Source of the DNA: Tubulanus polymorphus
Lineage: Eukaryota > Animalia > Nemertea
Direction of reading: 5' to 3'
DNA: 64,000 nucleotides
Assembly: GCF_964204645.1 (NCBI RefSeq)
Contig: NC_134025.1
Coordinates: 31,948,788 to 32,012,787 of the forward strand
Positions 40,700 through 55,000 of the stretch are shown here, in pieces (within the stretch, counting starts at the first letter, position 1; each line of letters starts with the position of its first letter). The notes beneath the pieces were generated by a model. It searched no databases, was not told the DNA's origin, and saw nothing but the letters and a program-made list of their open reading frames with translations. Position numbers and translations under genes: made by a program.

Positions 40700-43600
40700 T
40701 GAAATGATAGGTTAAGGTAAACTGAACTGATTTCGAGTAGATGGACTGAAAGATACAGATTTTTCTTGCAAAATAGGGTCCTAAAGATGATGAATTCTAT
40801 CTTAATTGATGGGTTAGGGTGAACTGAACTGATTTCAAATAGATAGGTTAAAAGAATCAGAATTTTCTGGCTGCTTTTGGTTCTGAAGATGATGGATTCA
40901 ATCTGAAAAGATGGGCTAAGGCGTATTGAACTGAATTCAAATAGATAGGTGGAAAGATTAAGAATTTTCTGGCTATTTATGCTCCTGAAGATGATGGACT
41001 CGATCTGAAATGATAGGTTAAGGTAAACTGAACTGATTTCGAGTAGATGGACTGAAAGATACAGATTTTTCCTGCAAAATAGGGTCCTAAAGATGATGAA
41101 TTCTATCTTAATTGATGGGTTAGGGTGTACTGAACTGATTTCAAATAGATAGGTTGAAAGAATCAGAATTTTCTGGCTTCTTTTGGTTCTGAAGATGATG
41201 GATTCAATCTGAAAAGATGTGTTAAGGCGTATTGAACTGATTTCAAATAGATAGGTGCAAAGATTAAGAATTTTCTAGCTATTTATGCTCCTGAAGATGA
41301 TTGACTCGATCTGAAATGATAGGTTAGGTAGACTGAACTGATTTCGAGTAGATGGACTGAAAGATACAGAATTTTCTTGCAAAATAGGGTCCTAAAGATG
41401 ATGAGTTCTATCTTAATTGATGGGTTAGGGTGTACTGAACTGATTTCAAATAGATAGGTGGAAAGATTAAGAATTTTCTGGCTATTTATGCTCCTGAAGA
41501 TGATGGACTCGATCTGAAATGATAGGTTAAGGTAAACTGAACTGATTTCGAGCAGATGGATTGAAAGATACAGATTTTTCTTGCAAAATAGGGTCCTAAA
41601 GATGATGAATTCTATCTTAATTGATGGGTTAGGGTGTACTGAACTGATTTCAAATAGATAGGTTGAAAGAATCAGAATTTTCTGGCTGCCTTTGGTTCTG
41701 AAGATGATGGACTCAATCTGAAAAGATGGGCTAAGGCGTATTGAACTGATTTCAAATAGATAGGTGTAAAGATTAAGAATTTTCTGGCTATTTATGCTCC
41801 TGAAGATGAAGGACTCGATCTGAAATGATAGGTTAAGGTAAACTGAACTGATTTCGAGTAGATGGACTGAAAGATACAGATTTTTCTTGCAAAATAGGGT
41901 CCTAAAGATGATGAGTTCTATCTTAATTGATGGGTTAGGGTGTACTGAACTGATTTCAAATAGATAGGTTGAAAGATTAAGAATTTTCTGGCTATTTATG
42001 CTCCTGAAGATGATGGACTCGATCTGAAATGATAGGTTAAGGTAAACTGAACTGATTTCGAGTAGATGGACTTAAAGATACAGATTTTTCTTGCAAAATA
42101 GGGTCCTAAAGATGATGAGTTCTATCTTAATTGATGGGTTAGGGTGTACTGAACTGATTTCAAATAGATAGGTTGAAAGATTAAGAATTTTCTGGCTATT
42201 TATGCTCCTGAAGATGATGGACTCGATCTGAAATGATAGGTTAAGGTAAACTGAACTGATTTCGAGTAGATGGACTTAAAGATACAGATTTTTCTTGCAA
42301 AATAGGGTCCTAAAGATGATGAGTTCTATCTTAATTGATGGGTTAGGGTGTACTGAACTGATTTCAAATAGATAGGTTGAAAGATTAAGAATTTTCTGGC
42401 TATTTATGCTCCTGAAGATGATGGACTCGATCTGAAATGATAGGTTAAAGTAAACTGAACTGATTTCGAGCAGATGGACTGAAAGATACAGATTTTTCTT
42501 GCAAAATAGGGTCCTAAAGATGATGAATTCTATCTTAATTGATGGGTTAGGGTGAACTGAACTGATTTCAAATAGATAGGTGGAAAGAATCAGAATTTTC
42601 TGGCTGCCTTTGGTTCTGAAGATGATGGACTCAATCTGAAAAGATGGGCTAAGGCGTATTGAACTGATTTCAAATAGATAGGTGTAAAGATTAAGAATTT
42701 TCTGGCTATTTATGCTCCTGAAGATGAAGGACTCGATCTGAAATGATAGGTTAAGGTAAACTGAACTGATTTCGAGTAGATGGACTGAAAGATACAGATT
42801 TTTCTTGCAAAATAGGGTCCTAAAGATGATGAATTCTATCTTAATTGATGGGTTATGGTGAACTGAACTGATTTCAAATAGATAGGTTGAAAGAATCAGA
42901 ATTTTCTGGCTGCTTTTGGTTCTGAAGATGATGGATTCAATCTGAAAAGATGGGCTAAGGCGTATTGAACTGAATTCAAATAGATAGGTGGAAAGATTAA
43001 GAATTTTCTGGCTATTTATGCTCCTGAAGATGATGGACTCAATCTGAAATGATAGGTTAAGGTAAACTGAACTGATTTCGAGTAGATGGACTGAAAGATA
43101 CAGATTTTTCCTGCAAAATAGGGTCCTAAAGATGATGAATTCTATCTTAATTGATGGGTTAGGGTGTACTGAACTGATTTCAAATAGATAGGTTGAAAGA
43201 ATCAGAATTTTCTGGCTGCTTTTGGTTCTGAAGATGATGGATTCAATCTGAAAAGATGTGTTAAGGCGTATTGAACTGATTTCAAATAGATAGGTGCAAA
43301 GATTAAGAATTTTCTAGCTATTTATGCTCCTGAAGATGATTGACTCGATCTGAAATGATAGGTTAGGTAGACTGAACTGATTTCGAGTAGATGGACTGAA
43401 AGATACAGATTTTTCTTGCAAAATAGGGTCCTAAAGATGATGAGTTCTATCTTAATTGATGGGTTAGGGTGTACTGAACTGATTTCAAATAGATAGGTGG
43501 AAAGATTAAGAATTTTCTGGCTATTTATGCTCCTGAAGATGATGGACTCGATCTGAAATGATAGGTTAAGGTAAACTGAACTGATTTCGAGCAGATGGAT

Positions 43601-44000
43601 TGAAAGATACAGATTTTTCTTGCAAAATAGGGTCCTAAAGATGATGAATTCTATCTTAATTGATGGGTTAGGGTGTACTGAACTGATTTCAAATAGATAG
43701 GTTGAAAGAATCAGAATTTTCTGGCTGCCTTTGGTTCTGAAGATGATGGACTCAATCTGAAAAGATGGGCTAAGGCGTATTGAACTGATTTCAAATAGAT
43801 AGGTGTAAAGATTAAGAATTTTCTGGCTATTTATGCTCCTGAAGATGAAGGACTCGATCTGAAATGATAGGTTAAGGTAAACTGAACTGATTTCGAGTAG
43901 ATGGACTGAAAGATACAGATTTTTCTTGCAAAATAGGGTCCTAAAGATGATGAGTTCTATCTTAATTGATGGGTTAGGGTGTACTGAACTGATTTCAAAT
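40700..44000 (+). repeat. Local duplication at 2039-bp offset (20 monomers minus 1 bp)
   Basis: gaactgaattc, ttttcctgcaaaa (41071/43110), ggtgcaaag...ttctagct and the deletion monomer (41322/43361) recur 2039 bp apart. Boundaries are approximate. Confidence 0.85.
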
Positions 44001-44903
44001 AGATAGGTGGAAAGATTAAGAATTTTCTGGCTATTTATGCTCCTGAAGATGATGGACTCGATCTGAAATGATAGGTTAAGGTAAACTGAACTGATTTCGA
44101 GCAGATGGACTGAAAGATACAGATTTTTCTTGCAAAATAGGGTCCTAAAGATGATGAATTCTATCTTAATTGATGGGTTAGGGTGAACTGAACTGATTTC
44201 AAATAGATAGGTGGAAAGAATCAGAATTTTCTGGCTGCCTTTGGTTCTGAAGATGATGGACTCAATCTGAAAAGATGGGCTAAGGCGTATTGAACTGATT
44301 TCAAATAGATAGGTGTAAAGATTAAGAATTTTCTGGCTATTTATGCTCCTGAAGATGAAGGACTCGATCTGAAATGATAGGTTAAGGTAAACTGAACTGA
44401 TTTCGAGTAGATGGACTGAAAGATACAGATTTTTCTTGCAAAATAGGGTCCTAAAGATGATGAATTCTATCTTAATTGATGGGTTAGGGTGAACTGAACT
44501 GATTTCAAATAGATAGGTGGAAAGAATCAGAATTTTCTGGCTGCCTTTGGTTCTGAAGATGATGGACTCAATCTGAAAAGATGTGTTAAGGCGTATTGAA
44601 CTGATTTCAAATAGATAGGTGGAAAGAATCAGAATTTTCTGGCTGCTTTTGGTTCTGAAGATGATGGATTCAATCTGAAAAGATGTGTTAAGGCGTATTG
44701 AACTGATTTCAAATAGATAGGTGGAAAGATTAAGAATTTTCTGGCTATTTATGCTCCTGAAGATGATAAACTTGATCTGAAATGATAGGTTAAGGTAAAC
44801 TGAATTGATTTCGAGTAGATGGACTGAAAGATACAGATTTTTCTTGCAAAATAGGGTCCTAAAGATGATGAATTCTATCTTAATTGATGGGTTAGGGTGT
44901 ACT

Positions 44904-45005
44904 GAACTGATTTCAAATAGATAGGTTGAAAGAATCAGAATTTTCTGGCTGCTTTTGGTTCTGAAGATGATGGATTCAATCTGAAAAGATGTGTTAAGGC
45001 GTATT
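44904..45005 (+). repeat. Representative monomer type C (102 bp)
   Basis: gaactgatttcaaatagataggttgaaagaatcagaattttctggctgcttttggttctgaagatgatggattcaatctgaaaagatgtgttaaggcgtatt; 17 differences from A. A common subtype has gcctttgg...gactcaat...gatgggctaagg. Confidence 0.97.
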
Positions 45006-48000
45006 GAACTGATTTCAAATAGATAGGTGGAAAGATTAAGAATTTTCTGGCTATTTATGCTCCTGAAGATGATGGACTCGATCTGAAATGATAGGTTAAG
45101 GTAAACTGAACTGATTTCGAGCAGATGGACTGAAAGATACAGATTTTTCTTGCAAAATAGGGTCCTAAAGATGATGAATTCTATCTTAATTGATGGGTTA
45201 GGGTGTACTGAACTGATTTCAAATAGATAGGTTGAAAGAATCAAAATTTTCTGGCTGCCTTTGGTTCTCAAGATGATGGACTCAATCTGAAAAGATGGGC
45301 TAAGGCGTATTGAACTGATTTCAAATAGATAGGTGGAAAGATTAAGAATTTTCTGGCTATTTATGCTCCTGAAGATGATGGACTCGATCTGAAATGATAG
45401 GTTAAGGTAAACTGAACTGATTTCGAGCAGATGGACTGAAAGATACAGATTTTTCTTGCAAAATAGGGTCCTAAAGATGATGAATTCTATCTTAATTGAT
45501 GGGTTAGGGTGAACTGAACTGATTTCAAATAGATAGGTGGAAAGAATCAGAATTTTCTGGCTGCCTTAGGTTCTGAAGATGATGGACTCAATCTGAAAAG
45601 ATGGGCTAAGGCGAATTGAACTGATTTCAAATAGATAGGTGGAAAGATTAAGAATTTTCTGGCTATTTATGCTCCTGAAGATGATGGACTCGATCTGAAA
45701 TGATAGGTTAAGGTAAACTGAACTGATTTCGAGTAAATGGACTGAAAGATACAGATTTTTCTTGCAAAATAGGGTCCTAAAGATGATGAATTCTATCTTA
45801 ATTGATGGGTTAGGGTGTACTGAACTGATTTCAAATAGATAGGTTGAAAGAATCAGAATTTTCTGGCTGCTTTTGGTTCTGAAGATGATGGATTCAATCT
45901 GAAAAGATGTGTTAAGGCGTATTGAACTGATTTAAAATAGATAGGTGGAAAGATTAAGAATTTTCTGGCTATTTATGCTCCTGAAGATGATGGACTCGAT
46001 CTGAAATGATAGGTTAAGGTAAACTGAACTGATTTGGAGTAGATGGACTTAAAGATACAGATTTTTCTTGCAAAATAGGGTCCTAAAGATGATGAGTTCT
46101 ATCTTAATTGATGGGTTAGGGTGTACTGAACTGATTTCAAATAGATAGGTTGAAAGATTAAGAATTTTCTGGCTATTTATGCTCCTGAAGATGATGGACT
46201 CGATCTGAAATGATAGGTTAAGGTAAACTGAACTGATTTCGAGCAGATGGACTGAAAGATACAGATTTTTCTTGCAAAATAGGGTCCTAAAGATGATGAA
46301 TTCTATCTTAATTGATGGGTTAGGGTGAACTGAACTGATTTCAAATAGATAGGTGGAAAGAATCAGAATTTTCTGGCTGCTTTTGGTTCTGAAGATGATG
46401 GATTCAATCTGAAAAGATGTGTTAAGGCGTATTGAACTGATTTCAAATAGATAGGTGGAAAGATTAAGAATTTTCTGGCTATTTATGCTCCTGAAGATGA
46501 TAAACTCGATCTGAAATGATAGGTTAAGGTAAACTGAATTGATTTCGAGTAGATGGACTGAAAGATACAGATTTTTCTTGCAAAATAGGGTCCTAAAGAT
46601 GATGAATTCTATCTTAATTGATGGGTTAGGGTGTACTGAACTGATTTCAAATAGATAGGTTGAAAGAATCAGAATTTTCTGGCTGCTTTTGGTTCTGAAG
46701 ATGATGGATTCAATCTGAAAAGATGTGTTAAGGCGTATTGAACTGATTTCAAATAGATAGGTGGAAAGATTAAGAATTTTCTGGCTATTTATGCTCCTGA
46801 AGATGATTGACTCGATCTGAAATGATAGGTTAGGTAGACTGAACTGATTTCGAGTAGATGGACTGAAAGATACAGATTTTTCTTGCAAAATAGGGTCCTA
46901 AAGATGATGAGTTCTATCTTAATTGATGGGTTAGGGTGTACTGAACTGATTTCAAATAGATAGGTGGAAAGATTAAGAATTTTCTGGCTATTTATGCTCC
47001 TGAAGATGATGGACTCGATCTGAAATGATAGGTTAAGGTAAACTGAACTGATTTCGAGCAGATGGATTGAAAGATACAGATTTTTCTTGCAAAATAGGGT
47101 CCTAAAGATGATGAATTCTATCTTAATTGATGGGTTAGGGTGTACTGAACTGATTTCAAATAGATAGGTTGAAAGAATCAGAATTTTCTGGCTGCCTTTG
47201 GTTCTCAAGATGATGGACTCAATCTGAAAAGATGGGCTAAGGCGTATTGAACTGATTTCAAATAGATAGGTGGAAAGATTAAGAATTTTCTGGCTATTTA
47301 TGCTCCTGAAGATGATGGACTCGATCTGAAATGATAGGTTAAGGTAAACTGAACTGATTTCGAGTAGATGGACTGAAAGATACAGATTTTTCTTGCAAAA
47401 TAGGGTCCTAAAGATGATGAATTCTATCTTAATTGATGGGTTAGGGTGAACTGAACTGATTTCAAATAGATAGGTGGATAGAATCAGAATTTTCTGGCTG
47501 CCTTTGGTTCTGAAGATGATGGACTCAATCTGAAAAGATGGGCTAAGGCGAATTGAACTGATTTCAAATAGATAGGTGGAAAGATTAAGAATTTTCTGGC
47601 TATTTATGCTCCTGAAGATGATGGACTCGATCTGAAATGATAGGTTAAGGTAAACTGAACTGATTTCGAGTAGATGGACTGAAAGATACAGATTTTTCTT
47701 GCAAAATAGGGTCCTAAAGATGATGAATTCTATCTTAATTGATGGGTTAGGGTGTACTGAACTGATTTCAAATAGATAGGTTGAAAGAATCAGAATTTTC
47801 TGGCTGCTTTTGGTTCTGAAGATGATGGATTCAATCTGAAAAGATGCGTTAAGGCGTATTGAACTGATTTCAAATAGATAGGTGGAAAGATTAAGAATTT
47901 TCTGGCTATTTATGCTCCTGAAGATGATGGACTCGATCTGAAATGATAGGTTAAGGTAAACTGAACTGATTTCGAGTAGATGGACTTAAAGATACAGATT

Positions 48001-49049
48001 TTTCTTGCAAAATAGGGTCCTAAAGATGATGAGTTCTATCTTAATTGATGGGTTAGGGTGTACTGAACTGATTTCAAATAGATAGGTTGAAAGATTAAGA
48101 ATTTTCTGGCTATTTATGCTCCTGAAGATGATGGACTCGATCTGAAATGATAGGTTAAGGTAAACTGAACTGATTTCGAGCAGATGGACTGAAAGATACA
48201 GATTTTTCTTGCAAAATAGGGTCCTAAAGATGATGAATTCTATCTTAATTGATGGGTTAGGGTGAACTGAACTGATTTCAAATAGATAGGTGGAAAGAAT
48301 CAGAATTTTCTGGCTGCCTTTGGTTCTGAAGATGATGGACTCAATCTGAAAAGATGGGCTAAGGCGTATTGAACTGATTTCAAATAGATAGGTGTAAAGA
48401 TTAAGAATTTTCTGGCTATTTATGCTCCTGAAGATGAAGGACTCGATCTGAAATGATAGGTTAAGGTAAACTGAACTGATTTCGAGTAGATGGACTGAAA
48501 GATACAGATTTTTCTTGCAAAATAGGGTCCTAAAGATGATGAATTCTATCTTAATTGATGGGTTAGGGTGTACTGAACTGATTTCAAATAGATAGGTTGA
48601 AAGAATCAGAATTTTCTGGCTGCTTTTGGTTCTGAAGATGATGGATTCAATCTGAAAAGATGGGCTAAGGCGAATTGAACTGATTTCAAATAGATAGGTG
48701 GAAAGATTAAGAATTTTCTGGCTATTTATGCTCCTGAAGATGATGGACTCGATCTGAAATGATAGGTTAAGGTAAACTGAACTGATTTCGAGTAGATGGA
48801 CTGAAAGATACAGATTTTTCTTGCAAAATAGGGTCCTAAAGATGATGAATTCTATCTTAATTGATGGGTTAGGGTGTACTGAACTGATTTCAAATAGATA
48901 GGTTGAAAGAATCAGAATTTTCTGGCTGCTTTTGGTTCTGAAGATGATGGATTCAATCTGAAAAGATGTGTTAAGGCGTATTGAACTGATTTAAAATAGA
49001 TAGGTGGAAAGATTAAGAATTTTCTGGCTATTTATGCTCCTGAAGATGA

Positions 49050-52000
49050 TGGACTCGATCTGAAATGATAGGTTAAGGTAAACTGAACTGATTTCGAGTA
49101 GATGGACTTAAAGATACAGATTTTTCTTGCAAAATAGGGTCCTAAAGATGATGAGTTCTATCTTAATTGATGGGTTAGGGTGTACTGAACTGATTTCAAA
49201 TAGATAGGTTGAAAGATTAAGAATTTTCTGGCTATTTATGCTCCTGAAGATGATGGACTCGATCTGAAATGATAGGTTAAGGTAAACTGAACTGATTTCG
49301 AGCAGATGGACTGAAAGATACAGATTTTTCTTGCAAAATAGGGTCCTAAAGATGATGAATTCTATCTTAATTGATGGGTTAGGGTGAACTGAACTGATTT
49401 CAAATAGATAGGTGGAAAGAATCAGAATTTTCTGGCTGCCTTTGGTTCTGAAGATGATGGACTCAATCTGAAAAGATGGGCTAAGGCGTATTGAACTGAT
49501 TTCAAATAGATAGGTGTAAAGATTAAGAATTTTCTGGCTATTTATGCTCCTGAAGATGAAGGACTCGATCTGAAATGATAGGTTAAGGTAAACTGAACTG
49601 ATTTCGAGTAGATGGACTGAAAGATACAGATTTTTCTTGCAAAATAGGGTCCTAAAGATGATGAATTCTATCTTAATTGATGGGTTAGGGTGAACTGAAC
49701 TGATTTCAAATAGATAGGTTGAAAGAATCAGAATTTTATGGCTGCTTTTGGTTCTGAAGATGATGGATTCAATCTGAAAAGATGGGCTAAGGCGTATTGA
49801 ACTGATTTCAAATAGATAGGTGGAAAGATTAAGAATTTTCTGGCTATTTATGCTCCTGAAGATGATGGACTCGATCTGAAATGATAGGTTAAGGTAAACT
49901 GAATTGATTTCGAGTAGATGGACTGAAAGATACAGATTTTTCTTGCAAAATAGGGTCCTAAAGATGATGAATTCTATCTTAATTGATGGGTTAGGGTGTA
50001 CTGAACTGATTTCAAATAGATAGGTTGAAAGAATCAGAATTTTCTGGCTGCTTTTGGTTCTGAAGATGATGGATTCAATCTGAAAAGATGTGTTAAGGCG
50101 TATTGAACTGATTTAAAATAGATAGGTGGAACGATTATGAATTTTCTGGCTATTTATGCTCCTGAAGATGATGGACTCGATCTGAAATGATAGGTTAAGG
50201 TAAACTGAACTGATTTCGAGTAGATGGACTGAAAGATACAGATTTTTCTTGCAAAATAGGGTCCTAAAGATGATGAATTCTATCTTAATTGATGGGTTAG
50301 GGTGAACTGAACTGATTTCAAATAGATAGGTTAAAAGAATCAGAATTTTCTGGCTGCTTTTGGTTCTGAAGATGATGGATTCAATCTGAAAAGATGGGCT
50401 AAGGCGTATTGAACTGATTTCAAATAGATAGGTGGAAAGATTAAGAATTTTCTGGCTATTTATGCTCCTGAAGATGATGGACTCAATCTGAAATGATAGG
50501 TTAAGGTAAACTGAACTGATTTCGAGTAGATGGACTGAAAGATACAGATTTTTCTTGCAAAATAGGGTCCTAAAGATGATGAATTCTATCTTAATTGATG
50601 GGTTAGGGTGTACTGAACTGATTTCAAATAGATAGGTTGAAAGAATCAGAATTTTCTGGCTGCTTTTGGTTCTGAAGATGATGGATTCAATCTGAAAAGA
50701 TGTGTTAAGGCGTATTGAACTGATTTCAAATAGATAGGTGCAAAGATTAAGAATTTTCTAGCTATTGATGCTCCTGAAGATGATTGACTCGATCTGAAAT
50801 GATAGGTTAGGTAGACTGAACTGATTTCGAGTAGATGGACTGAAAGATACAGATTTTTCTTGCAAAATAGGGTCCTAAAGATGATGAGTTCTATCTTAAT
50901 TGATGGGTTAGGGTGTACTGAACTGATTTCAAATAGATAGGTTGAAAGAATCAGAATTTTCTTGCTGCTTTTGGTTCTGAAGATGATGGATTTAATCTGA
51001 AAAGATGGGCTAAGGCGTATTGAACTGATTTCAAATAGATAGGTGGAAAGATTAAGAGTTTTCTGGCTATTTATGCTCCTGAAGATGATGGACTCGATCT
51101 GAAATGATAGGTTAAGGTAAACTGAACTGATTTCGAGTAGATGGACTGAAAGATACAAATTTTTCTTGCAAAATAGGGTCCTAAAGATGATGAATTCTAT
51201 CTTAACTGATGGGTTAGGTTGAACTGAACTGATTTCAAATAGATAGGTAAAAAGAATCAGAATTTTCTGGCTGCTTTTGGTTCTGAAGATGATGGATTCA
51301 ATCTGAAAAGATGTGTTAAGGCGTATTGAACTGATTTAAAATAGATAGGTGGAAAGATTAAGAATTTTCTGGCTATATGCTCCTGAAGATGATGGACTCG
51401 ATCTGAAATGATAGGTTAAGGTAAACTGAACTGATTTCGAGTAGATGGACTGAAAGATACAGATTTTTCTTGCAAAATAGGGTCCTAAAGATGATGAGTT
51501 CTATCTTAATTGATGGGTTAGGGTGTACTGAACTGATTTCAAATAGATAGGTGGAAAGATTAAGAATTTTCTGGCTATTTATGCTCCTGAAGATGATGGA
51601 CTCGATCTGAAATGATAGGTTAAGGTAAACTGAACTGATTTCGAGCAGATGGATTGAAAGATACAGATTTTTCTTGCAAAATAGGGTCCTAAAGATGATG
51701 AATTCTATCTTAATTGATGGGTTAGGGTGTACTGAACTGATTTCAAATAGATAGGTTGAAAGAATCAGATTTTTCTGGCTGCCTTTGGTTCTCAAGATGA
51801 TGGACTCAATCTGAAAAGATGGGCTAAGGCGTATTGAACTGATTTCAAATAGATAGGTGGAAAGATTAAGAATTTTCTGGCTATTTATGCTCCTGAAGAT
51901 GATGGACTCGATCTGAAATGATAGGTTAAGGTAAACTGAACTGATTTCGAGTAGATGGACTGAAAGATACAGATTTTTCTTGCAAAATAGGGTCCTAAAG

Positions 52001-55000
52001 ATGATGAATTCTATCTTAATTGATGGGTTAGGGTGAACTGAACTGATTTCAAATAGATAGGTGGATAGAATCAGAATTTTCTGGCTGCCTTTGGTTCTGA
52101 AGATGATGGACTCAATCTGAAAAGATGGGCTAAGGCGAATTGAACTGATTTCAAATAGATAGGTGGAAAGATTAAGAATTTTCTGGCTATTTATGCTCCT
52201 GAAGATGATGGACTCGATCTGAAATGATAGGTTAAGGTAAACTGAACTGATTTCGAGTAGATGGACTTAAAGATACAGATTTTTCTTGCAAAATAGGGTC
52301 CTAAAGATGATGAGTTCTATCTTAATTGATGGGTTAGGGTGTACTGAACTGATTTCAAATAGATAGGTTGAAAGATTAAGAATTTTCTGGCTATTTATGC
52401 TCCTGAAGATGATGGACTCGATCTGAAATGATAGGTTAAGGTAAACTGAACTGATTTCGAGCAGATGGACTGAAAGATACAGATTTTTCTTGCAAAATAG
52501 GGTCCTAAAGATGATGAATTCTATCTTAATTGATGGGTTAGGGTGAACTGAACTGATTTCAAATAGATAGGTGGAAAGAATCAGAATTTTCTGGCTGCCT
52601 TTGGTTCTGAAGATGATGGACTCAATCTGAAAAGATGGGCTAAGGCGTATTGAACTGATTTCAAATAGATAGGTGTAAAGATTAAGAATTTTCTGGCTAT
52701 TTATGCTCCTGAAGATGAAGGACTCGATCTGAAATGATAGGTTAAGGTAAACTGAACTGATTTCGAGTAGATGGACTGAAAGATACAGATTTTTCTTGCA
52801 AAATAGGGTCCTAAAGATGATGAATTCTATCTTAATTGATGGGTTAGGGTGAACTGAACTGATTTCAAATAGATAGGTTGAAAGAATCAGAATTTTATGG
52901 CTGCTTTTGGTTCTGAAGATGATGGATTCAATCTGAAAAGATGGGCTAAGGCGTATTGAACTGATTTCAAATAGATAGGTGGAAAGATTAAGAATTTTCT
53001 GGCTATTTATGCTCCTGAAGATGATGGACTCGATCTGAAATGATAGGTTAAGGTAAACTGAATTGATTTCGAGTAGATGGACTGAAAGATACAGATTTTT
53101 CTTGCAAAATAGGGTCCTAAAGATGATGAATTCTATCTTAATTGATGGGTTAGGGTGTACTGAACTGATTTCAAATAGATAGGTTGAAAGAATCAGAATT
53201 TTCTGGCTGCTTTTGGTTCTGAAGATGATGGATTCAATCTGAAAAGATGTGTTAAGGCGTATTGAACTGATTTAAAATAGATAGGTGGAACGATTATGAA
53301 TTTTCTGGCTATTTATGCTCCTGAAGATGATGGACTCGATCTGAAATGATAGGTTAAGGTAAACTGAACTGATTTCGAGTAGATGGACTGAAAGATACAG
53401 ATTTTTCTTGCAAAATAGGGTCCTAAAGATGATGAATTCTATCTTAATTGATGGGTTAGGGTGAACTGAACTGATTTCAAATAGATAGGTTAAAAGAATC
53501 AGAATTTTCTGGCTGCTTTTGGTTCTGAAGATGATGGATTCAATCTGAAAAGATGGGCTAAGGCGTATTGAACTGATTTCAAATAGATAGGTGGAAAGAT
53601 TAAGAATTTTCTGGCTATTTATGCTCCTGAAGATGATGGACTCAATCTGAAATGATAGGTTAAGGTAAACTGAACTGATTTCGAGTAGATGGACTGAAAG
53701 ATACAGATTTTTCTTGCAAAATAGGGTCCTAAAGATGATGAATTCTATCTTAATTGATGGGTTAGGGTGTACTGAACTGATTTCAAATAGATAGGTTGAA
53801 AGAATCAGAATTTTCTGGCTGCTTTTGGTTCTGAAGATGATGGATTCAATCTGAAAAGATGTGTTAAGGCGTATTGAACTGATTTCAAATAGATAGGTGC
53901 AAAGATTAAGAATTTTCTAGCTATTGATGCTCCTGAAGATGATTGACTCGATCTGAAATGATAGGTTAGGTAGACTGAACTGATTTCGAGTAGATGGACT
54001 GAAAGATACAGATTTTTCTTGCAAAATAGGGTCCTAAAGATGATGAGTTCTATCTTAATTGATGGGTTAGGGTGTACTGAACTGATTTCAAATAGATAGG
54101 TTGAAAGAATCAGAATTTTCTTGCTGCTTTTGGTTCTGAAGATGATGGATTTAATCTGAAAAGATGGGCTAAGGCGTATTGAACTGATTTCAAATAGATA
54201 GGTGGAAAGATTAAGAGTTTTCTGGCTATTTATGCTCCTGAAGATGATGGACTCGATCTGAAATGATAGGTTAAGGTAAACTGAACTGATTTCGAGTAGA
54301 TGGACTGAAAGATACAAATTTTTCTTGCAAAATAGGGTCCTAAAGATGATGAATTCTATCTTAACTGATGGGTTAGGTTGAACTGAACTGATTTCAAATA
54401 GATAGGTAAAAAGAATCAGAATTTTCTGGCTGCTTTTGGTTCTGAAGATGATGGATTCAATCTGAAAAGATGTGTTAAGGCGTATTGAACTGATTTAAAA
54501 TAGATAGGTGGAAAGATTAAGAATTTTCTGGCTATATGCTCCTGAAGATGATGGACTCGATCTGAAATGATAGGTTAAGGTAAACTGAACTGATTTCGAG
54601 TAGATGGACTGAAAGATACAGATTTTTCTTGCAAAATAGGGTCCTAAAGATGATGAGTTCTATCTTAATTGATGGGTTAGGGTGAACTGAACTGATTTCA
54701 AATAGATAGGTGGAAAGATTAAGAATTTTCTGGCTATTTATGCTCCTGAAGATGATGGACTCGATCTGAAATGATAGGTTAAGGTAAACTGAACTGATTT
54801 CGAGCAGATGGATTGAAAGATACAGATTTTTCTTGCAAAATAGGGTCCTAAAGATGATGAATTCTATCTTAATTGATGGGTTAGGGTGTACTGAACTGAT
54901 TTCAAATAGATAGGTTGAAAGAATCAGATTTTTCTGGCTGCCTTTGGTTCTCAAGATGATGGACTCAATCTGAAAAGATGGGCTAAGGCGTATTGAACTG